Shown here one piece after another: positions 55,263 through 64,000 of a stretch of DNA of 64,000 nt. A program made the translations under genes and the position numbers. Below the pieces are notes generated by a model that saw only the letters and a list, made by a program, of their open reading frames with translations, made no database searches and had not been told where the DNA came from. Origin of the DNA: Chrysomallon squamiferum (taxonomy: Eukaryota > Animalia > Mollusca); contig CM022673.1 in the NCBI GenBank assembly GCA_012295275.1, positions 23,374,001 through 23,438,000 on the forward strand, written 5' to 3'. The first letter of the stretch is position 1; each line of letters begins with the position of its first letter.

Positions 55263-55684
55263 CTGGAAAATAAAGTAACAGTATAATCATTAAATTTTAG
55301 TATAAGAATAGCAGAAAATAAAGTGGATCAAAAAGCAAATTAAAAATTCCAATTTGACTCAATGATTTTTCTTATTCAGGGTAACTCAGAAAATTGAAAA
55401 TATTTAGTGAAATAAGTGAATAAATAAATAAATAAATAAATTTGCTAAATAAATAAATCTACAAAATAATAAAAATAAAATCTATTTTCAAAGCAAAAAA
55501 TTAAATACAATATTCACAATACAAATTAAAAAAAGAAATTAAAACACTTTTTGGGGTGTATATCAATAAAATTAATTATAGTATCTTTAATTAAATGTGT
55601 ATATTTCATATTAACAAGCATGACTCTAATGTTATAATACAGTTTAAATAAATTTTAGAACAATATTTTCAAAAGATATCTTAC

Positions 55685-56112
55685 AACTTCATTCCTGCCA
55701 AGACCTGTGGCAACAAAACATTTTCTGGTGGAACTACAGCTACTCTGACTATTAGCTAAACATTTTCCATCTGCATCACCACTTCTCTGTTCAGCCACAT
55801 CCATTTTCATTTCTCTTCTGCTCCCATCTTTTATTAGCAAAGAGTTTTCAGAATCTGGTGAATGCACTGGTTTCTTCAGTTCATCGTTTAATCCATATGG
55901 GACATTTTTAGACTCTTCTGAATTAATTTTGTTAGAAATCTGTTCATGGTCTGTGAGGTCATTAGAGTTCTGCTGTTTCTCTGTTTGGTCTTGAGATGGA
56001 TCGATCAGATCTTCATTGAAGAAAAGATCCTCATTTTCTTCACCTGATAAAGACAGGTCCTTCTCATCCACACATGTAGCTTGGATCACTGACAAGCTGG
56101 AATAGGGACTGC
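55685..56112 (-). CDS. BRCA1: BRCA1 exon (linker, start of BRCT1)
   Basis: Ends ...RKCFVATGLGRNEV|gtaaga; compare human MVVSGLTPEEF. Confidence 0.88.
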
Positions 56113-56420
56113 CTGATAAAGAAAAAATAAAAAGAACCACACAATAATATTCCATTATTATTATATTTTGTATTCACACATACATACAGAGAGACACAAA
56201 AATACCCAAACATTACATATAGTATTTCAAGTAAAGAAATGTAGGCAGATGATGATATGTCTTGAAATATATCTTGTTATTTAAATTATTTAAATTACGT
56301 ATATGCTGAAATATGAAGTATAAAACTGCATTTAAATATTCAAATCATAAAGAATATATTTTCAATAAAACACAACTTAACCAGAATATCCAAAATATTA
56401 AGTATAATTAAATAACAAAC

Positions 56421-56559
56421 CTGTCTGTTTTTGTTCAGATTTCTGTTTTTCTTTCATGACACAACCTGGGGTCCGACTTGCCATATCTTTTATCTTTGCT
56501 TCTGCTGCCAAAATTTTAGCTTTCAGTTTCTCACAGTCTGTTTCCAGCAGTTCTTTTTG
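56421..56559 (-). CDS. BRCA1: BRCA1 exon (PALB2-binding coiled coil)
   Basis: QKELLETDCEKLKAKILAAEAKIKDM...|gtttgt, with heptad pattern. Confidence 0.88.
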
Positions 56560-56928
56560 CTGTAAATTGTTACCAAGAAATGTTAGTAACAGCTACAGAA
56601 CATTCAAAATTTAATGAACCATGATGAAATTATTTTGTGCTTTTATACACAAGTGAAATAATGTATTTCAAACTCAGTTTTAGATTAGAAACATTGTCAG
56701 AATACCAGCCAAAAATAATCCCATATCCCCATAAAAGGCTAGGAAATTGCTAGGACTGGGATTGATCCCAGATCAAAAATGGTGCCACCATTATGGTGGG
56801 TAAAATATCAGATTTATTTAATGGTTATGAAACAAGAGGAAAAAAGAAAAGAAAAGTAGTATTAATATTTGCCGTGTAAACATTTTTTTACCTACATGTA
56901 TAAGTGTCTATGCAAAATGGTAAAATAC

Positions 56929-57017
56929 CTGTGTTGTGAGTATTTCACTCTGGCTGGAGATGGCACTTGATGATGTCAGATTCAAACTGTGGTTTGTGTT
57001 GCTGTTCTGGCTTATAT
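56929..57017 (-). CDS. BRCA1: BRCA1 exon (SQ site preceding the coiled coil)
   Basis: ...SSAISSQSEILTTQ|gtattt; compare human SSQSDILTTQ. Confidence 0.9.
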
Positions 57018-57361
57018 CTGAAAAATAATAAATAAAATAATATTTTATTGAAAATGAAAACAAGTGTGAATAACAATGTCATCAAATCGGTGAAAAATAT
57101 TTGCCATATATTAACTTGTTTTGGTGTGACAGAAAATAAAATAATATGAATTAAAAACCAAAACAAAATGCAGACACATGTTACAAATTCTATTACATTT
57201 CAAAAGTAATGGAAAATGTTTATGATAATAATATGAACTAATACTAACAGTCACATTAAGATTTATATCATTTGTTTGTACCAAAAGCAAATTTATTATT
57301 TGTTTATAAAATAGTAATAATACAATTTACAATATAAGATATTATGTAAAATTTGTATAAC

Positions 57362-57431
57362 CTGAATCATCATCACTGTCATCTATAACAGCACATCTTT
57401 TCCTCTTCATTCTAACTGTAGTGTTAAAACT
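57362..57431 (-). CDS. BRCA1: BRCA1 small exon
   Basis: gtcag|SFNTTVRMKRKRCAVIDDSDDDS|gttata; phases fit both neighbours. Confidence 0.78.
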
Positions 57432-57797
57432 CTGACAATAAAAATAATAGGAAATGAAAAGAAAGAAGAAAGAAAAAAAAAAGGATGAAAATAATTACTG
57501 CATAAATCAATTTAATGGTTCCTTTAATTCATGTGTATGTTATAATTATGTTTATAAAAATAAAGAAACGATAAAGAGAAAAAAGAAAAGAAAAAAGACC
57601 AATAAGATTTTGCTCCAATTACGCACTTCATTTTGTACCAGTTGGAAATGAACATATTTATATATATATATATATATAAAAAAATATAAAAAATTGACAA
57701 GAAAATTAATAATAATAAATTTTCACTGGCCACAATGTTTTATTAGTACTAAGAGACCATTTACATAAACAATTAGTAGTGACAAAACTCCCCATAC

Positions 57798-60700
57798 CTC
57801 ATCTTCATCAGAAGTATCGTCCTTCAAACACTCAAATCTGTTTTCACCTTCATTAGGGGAGCTTGTCAATGGGAAAGCTTTATACTTCTGATCTATGTCC
57901 TGAGATTTATCAATCACTTTTGGGTCACTAAGGTCAAGGTCAAGTAATTGGTTGTCATGGTAAAGGTGACTGGGATCATAATCAATCCTGTCTTCATCTC
58001 TGAGAATGAACTCTTCAGAATCTGATGAATCAGTAACAGATACAATTTCTGATTTGTGTTGCTGAGTTTTTATACATCTTCTGCTTGTTGACTGCTTTGT
58101 ATTACTTTCACATTCTGAATGATCTAATTTATTATTTCTACATTCAGAATCAACATTACTCACAACAGAAGGTTTCTGTTTGCATACTGCTTGCTCTGTA
58201 TCACTTTCACATTCTGAATCAACTATCTTGACATGATTTTCCATTTCTGAATTGACTGCATTCTCAACAAAAGTTTTATGTGAACTTGCTGACAGTTCCG
58301 TAATATTTTGGAATTCAAAATCATCAGTCTTGACATTATTTTCATATTCTGTATCAACAGGATAAATATCAGAAGACTGCTGTTTAATTGGTGTCTGTTC
58401 CTTATTACCATCACATTCAGAATCGCTGATAATCACATCAATTGGGGATTCTTTCTGAATTATGTCAGAATTTTTGCTTCCTGAATAGTATTTACTATCT
58501 GCTGGTGATGACTTAATAATTTCAACACCTGATTCCTCTTGCTTAAGGTTAGTATTTGAATTTGTTGAATACATTTGATCACACTTCAGGGAATCAATAT
58601 CCTTCTCAGATGTATACTTCTTTTGTTTACACATTTTGCTTGTTGTATCATGTTGATCATCAACCTTTGTAGAATCACCTGTCTTTACATTTCTATGTTT
58701 TCTTAATTTATATTTCTTTGTATTAGTCTTTGTAGAAAAGATCTTCTCAGAAACAGGAGATTTTTGATGTACTGAATTATTTTTACTTGCAAGTTCATCC
58801 ATACTATTAACCTGTGATGACTCAGTCACTGAACTTTGTTCTAGACTTGATGAGTATTCATTATTTGCTGAATTCTGAGGAGAATTGCTTTTATTTACTG
58901 ATTTTTTTCTTGCAGGTGATACAAACTCCAACTGTGTATGACGCATAGCTTCAGCAAGAACTCTACTGCTACTGTCAAAATTTTCTGCAAGATTCCTTTT
59001 TGCTAAAGGAGCAGACAAACTTTGAGCTACTGTTGTGTTTTTGTTTTCCACTGCTGTTAAATTTATTTCTGAGGATTTACTGTTGTCTCTTTTAGAATTA
59101 TACAACATATTTGCTTCTATTTTTTGTCTAGAACTATTGCAATATTCATTTGAAGAATCTTGTATTAACATAATATTAGATCCTTCACAGCTTTTCAGCT
59201 GTCTACTGTATGGACTGAAGTTCAGTGTAGGACATTTTTCACTTGAAGTTGTATGAAAAAGACTTTCATATTTATTTCTCAGTTCAAAACTGCTTTGAGG
59301 TGTGGCCATTTTACCGCAATTACTTAATCTAAAACTTGGTTGAGGTGTATTTACCCTAATTTTGTTTTCCAAGCTAAAACTGGACTCAGGTGTGACCACA
59401 TCATTGCTGGACTTCTTTGCAGATGCAATTCCCCTCACTGTTCTCTTTCTTTGTGATTTAGATCTTTTAATAACTGGTTCTGAATCAGAACTGCTGTCAG
59501 AAATGAAAGATGTATGATTGGAACAAGTTTTTGAATCAGTAATATTTGATTCCTCAGCAACAATAAATTTGGTTTTTAAGGTATAATCAAAGTCTTTGTT
59601 TTCAATATGCTTGGTTTCAGAGCCTTTTGTACATTCTTCAGTATTGTCAACCATAGCATTTTCCTTTGGTTCATCATTTGGAAAATGTTCATCTATCAGA
59701 TTTTCCCTGTAATTCAACTGTGAAGATTCTCTTGCAGATTTTCCTTCAACAATGTCTCTATCAGTGGCATCAACTGTGTCATCAGTGCGTTTTAATTTTT
59801 CTGGTGATTTTCTATAGCCTGCCATCTTTTCATTTCTGAATCTTTTAGATATGTGAGAGTAAGGTGAAGCTTTTACAGGACTGCCATCCAAGGAAAAGCA
59901 TCTTCGTTTGGATCTTCTGACATGGAGAACTACATCATCAATGTCATGTCTTACAACAGGAATTGGATCACTACTTATCTGTTCAAATCTTGACAATGAA
60001 TTTATCAAATGAACTGGCGTAGACACTAACTTCACCTCTTTAATGTTTTGTCCTTTTTCAGAAGATTCTTCAATGGCTGAACATGACATCTCACTGTCAT
60101 TTTGTTTCCTTTTTCTATTCTGTGCTGAAGATTTAGAACTTTCCACAGAGGGCTGAAGCTGTCTGCAAAATGAAATATCTGTATTTTCCATTATTTTTTC
60201 TTTATCTGAAAAACTCTGAACAGATATACGGCTTGCAGAATAATCACTGTTATTCAAATTATTGCTAAATTTAACATTTTCATCTGGACATTGTGAAACT
60301 ATTTCCTTAAATTTTTCTGCACTAAATCCAGTTGTTCTTAAAATCGGATGTTCAAAATTTGCTGTTTGCGAGTCTCCATTGTTATTCAATTTCACTTTCT
60401 TTGTTGAAAGATTCTGGCTCTCTGAAGATGACATACATAATGGGGATGTGTAATTATTTACCTCTCTCTGAAATTCTACTGAACCTGTCTTTTTCTCTGT
60501 AACATTGCCACTGGTAGTGCTGAAACATTCAGTTAGAGGCAATGTGGAGTTAATAATCTGTTTGTTTGAACAATTTTTAATATTTGTTTTAGAAGGCATT
60601 TGATTAATAAGATTGTGAGTATCTGAAACTGGAATTAAAATGGATGTACTCTGATCACTTGCACTTGTAGTTCCAGATTCTAATGAAAAAGCCTGAGATC

Positions 60701-61291
60701 CAATGGACTCTTTTTCTTTGCTTTTAATTATTGAGGATTCTGCTAAGGAAATATCAGAAAACTGGATCATTTCAGTTCTAAAATCACATCTATCAGAATT
60801 TAACAAAGTTGATGCTTGACTATCAACCATGGATACATCATGACTATGTTTTTCATCCACTTCACCATCTCTTGAAATTCCTTTTCCAAAAGAAGAGTTT
60901 GTGTTGTCAGCTAATTCAACATCAGACTGATGATATGCTGAAGGCTTCATATCTAACAATTTATTTTCTTCCTTGGATGTTTTCATTTGGGAGTCACTTT
61001 GTGAATTTAATTCCTTTGTTTCTTGATATTTGATATAGCATTTATTTTTATCATTACTTTTATCTTGAAATGATGTTTTGGCATCCAGACTGTCAGGAAT
61101 GATGTTAATATTACAAACAGATGTAGTGTCCTCACAATTTTCATGTTTGTTCCATGCAGATGCAGAATCACAAGAAGGAACAAATTCTTCAGTTTCTGGA
61201 ATATTTACAACTGGATTTAGCCTTCTAGTAGCTGTTCCGATGTCTTCACTCATTTCTGATAACTGTCGTTTTACACTCTCTGGCTGAATAT
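57798..61291 (-). CDS. BRCA1: BRCA1 giant central exon (3494 nt; low-complexity S/E/K/N-rich)
   Basis: tttcag|AT ATT CAG ... GAT GAG|gtatgg; contains most of the 1176-aa ORF; analogous to vertebrate exon 11. Confidence 0.85.
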
Positions 61292-61419
61292 CTGAAAGTG
61301 AAATGTATCTCCTATTACAAATAAGTTTGTTATGATGAAAATATAAAAGTACAATTATATTTTAAAAAATTATGAGAATATTTAAGTTTTGTTTTTTGTT
61401 ATCACAGTCTTCTAGGCTG

Positions 61420-61520
61420 TAACAGCACCTCATTCATGAGAATAGCTTGAGTTAATACTTCTGGATCAGGTTGAATTGGAACCACTACCAAATTTGAACC
61501 ACAGGCTAGGCTATAACAGT
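61420..61520 (-). mobile_element. Possible degenerate SINE fragment in a BRCA1 intron
   Basis: B-box-like GGTTCAAAT on the minus strand in a locally GC-richer stretch; weak. Confidence 0.25.
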
Positions 61521-62057
61521 ATTTCATTAAACTGGGTTGGGGCTAAATGTATGAAACCAAGTTTTCATACATTTTATTTATGGCAAGAACATCATTTTCC
61601 ATAATTTTTCCACAGCCAAGGTAACAAAACCTTATTTTCCAAAACTTTTAAGTTCCTGGAAAACACTGTGATGAATTTTCAAAATGTTTTTTTTTCTTTG
61701 TTATGGATCAACTTTAAAAAGAAGAAACTACATTAACATGAATTAAGAACCTAAATAAGTTAAGTTTTATTTGTTCATAAATATAATCCTTTAATAATAA
61801 TAAATTATAACAATAGTACATCATGCTAATACTTTCCAAAAAAAATGTCAAATAGAGGACACAGTTACTTTGAAAAGTTACTCAGTCTTTATATGAAATG
61901 ACTCAAACAGAAAGTGTCAGATGTCTGCTTGTATTTTATTATTATAATCAAAGACAGTTACTTGAAATAAAATAAAAAAGTGATTATATGAAGAAAAGAA
62001 AGTACAAATATTAAAGGACACAAATGTATTTAAACTACATACATTTAAAACTGTTAC

Positions 62058-62141
62058 CTAGATTGGGGACTTCAAACTCAATGTTTTCCTGTGTTGCGTT
62101 AAGATCCTCAGTATCTGAACTTTCTGTATCACTCACGTCAA
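62058..62141 (-). CDS. BRCA1: BRCA1 84-nt exon
   Basis: ttatag|(V)DVSDTESSDTEDLNATQENIEFEVPNL|gtaaca; symmetric phase 1-1. Confidence 0.8.
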
Positions 62142-62475
62142 CTATAAGTATACATACACACCATATAAAACATTAATTTTAATATTCAAGTAAACAAGGC
62201 TAATTTTATACATAATAAAATTAACAATACTAATAACATTCCAAAATATAAACAAAGACATAAATATGGAAAGACTGTGCAAAATATTATTACAGCATAA
62301 GAGAATAAAATTCATACTAAAAAAAAGAAGAAAAAAAGAAGTAAATGTTGAAGAGAAAGAAAATTAAGTTAAGAAGTGAGCTAACTTGTCAATTCAAGCA
62401 TTATGCAATTTTTTCATCCTGAAGTAGATGTATGCTAATTATGTTAAAAGAATTTACAAAATATATTTTTAATAC

Positions 62476-64000
62476 CTTCATGTTCAACATTTGCATTCTG
62501 ATTCATCAAGTCTTCTTTTTCTGATTTGTTGCAAGTAGAATATTCTTTTAACTTCTGTACTGATTGCTGTGCTCCTTCATTACTGCCTGAAGATTCATCC
62601 TTTGTAGATACTTGATGATCAGCTAATTTTTCCTTATTTACTTGTCTGGAGTTGAAATTTCTACCCAAATTTTGTGTATGGATATGAGGACTAATTGGAG
62701 TAATCTTAGGATACAGAACAGATGGATTTTTTGGTTCATCCAGACTCCCTGATTTCTCCAACAGATTATCAGAACTGGAAACAGCACGTTCCAAATCATC
62801 TGCAATATTGGAAGTAACATGTTTATTATTCAATGACACTCCTGTGTCTAATACTGGAGTTTCAGCAACAACGCTACTGCTTGGAGAACATTTTATTGGT
62901 GATTTCATTTTAAGTTCAGAACTAGTCTCAAATACATTAGAATGAGATTCAGTATTAGTGTTGGTGCATATTACTTCCAATTGATGATGCTGATTTTTTA
63001 CCTTTGATTTAGTTACAACATAATCACAACCAACATTTTTCTTACATGTCTCATTTGGCTTCAAAGTAGAATCTTGATTTGGTATCTGATTGTCTCTCCC
63101 AACTACAGTCTCTGGTTCACATCCGCCTTCTGTTTTGTCTGATTGTTTCAAGACAGTGTCTGTATTATATTTCTGTTTATTTACTTTAGCATTATCCATC
63201 TTTTCAGGAGTAGATTCAAGATTTGTTTGTTGTTTATCCATTTTTGTTTCGTTCACTTGTATAATCATATTTTGGTCAGACTCTTTTAAGCCCACTACAG
63301 ATTTATTTAATCTATTGATATTGTTGTTAAAGATTAATCCTCTTTCTGAATTAGTTTCCCATTCATTTCCTTCATTTTCAGAGACTGGATCTTGTCTGAC
63401 TATTAAGCAGTTATCATGGTCATCATCATTATCAAAATACTGTGATGTTTCTACGGAAGAGGAAAGAGTATCATTTTGTTTTGTCATATTATTAATTGCG
63501 TCCTGTGTACTGAACAGAATATCATGGTCCTCAGCATCTGATATTTTGTCTACCAGCTTGTTCATTTCTTTACTATAATCTTTCCAGTGTACTTGCTTTT
63601 GTCTTCTGCTTTTCTTTGACACTTCCTCTTCTTTTAGAATGGTCTTATTTTGAATGCAATTTTCTTTATTGACATTAAACTTCAATAAGGCTTCATTGTC
63701 GCTTATCTCCATCTGTTCACCAGGTAATTCTGGAGACTGTTTTGGAAACTCCTCAGATATTTTTTGAAGTTTATCACTGTTTAAATTAATTTCTATTTTG
63801 TTCTCCAAAATCTGCAAAGGAATTTTGTCTGATTTCTTGGTACTGCATTTATTTCTTTTTTTACGCCTCTTTGCTTTTGGATTCACCTTAGGAGAAGACT
63901 CACTGCTTTTAAATTCGTAAGGATCAACCGTTAATTGATTCTCAACCGATACATGATTCTGAAGTTCCTCTTCAGACATGTGTCTGCACTTAAAAATGCT
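62476..64000 (-). CDS. BRCA1: BRCA1 large upstream exon (5' boundary uncertain; RING exons presumably beyond the window)
   Basis: The 511-aa ORF frame is open to the window edge; donor GAA G|gtatta at 62476 is in phase with the downstream exon. A possible acceptor lies near 63984. Confidence 0.78.

Noticed and set aside
52972-57017. BARD1 or another tandem-BRCT gene instead of BRCA1
   Set aside because: No ankyrin repeats before the BRCTs; SSQSEILTTQ plus the coiled coil and RTLKYF match BRCA1.

Overview
AT-rich, microsatellite-dense, intron-containing animal DNA. It looks invertebrate and possibly molluscan, but that is an inference from composition and gene content. Two genes are clear, both on the minus strand: a 4-exon Rnd-like atypical Rho GTPase (11660-33401, with one GC-AG intron) and the 3' ~2150 codons of BRCA1 (52972->64000, with the PALB2-binding coiled coil and tandem BRCT). 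The first ~8.2 kb looks like a compact innate-immune island. It holds a head-to-head pair of paralogous multi-TM/Ig-domain receptor genes; the complete copy (4027-6320) has a TIR domain plus two C-terminal TM helices and a 1-nt frameshift. Between the pair are ISRE-, kB- and YY1-like sites, and just downstream is an internally deleted third copy. Missing from the ORF track is a spliced minus-strand gene (7703-7896) encoding a signal peptide plus a 37-aa Gly/Arg/Trp-rich (GGRRW-repeat, net about +16) peptide that looks like an antimicrobial peptide precursor. The rest is intronic or intergenic, with a 52-bp-arm hairpin, a hAT-like MITE, SINE-like remnants and many simple repeats. All exon coordinates were read by hand; no database searches were run.
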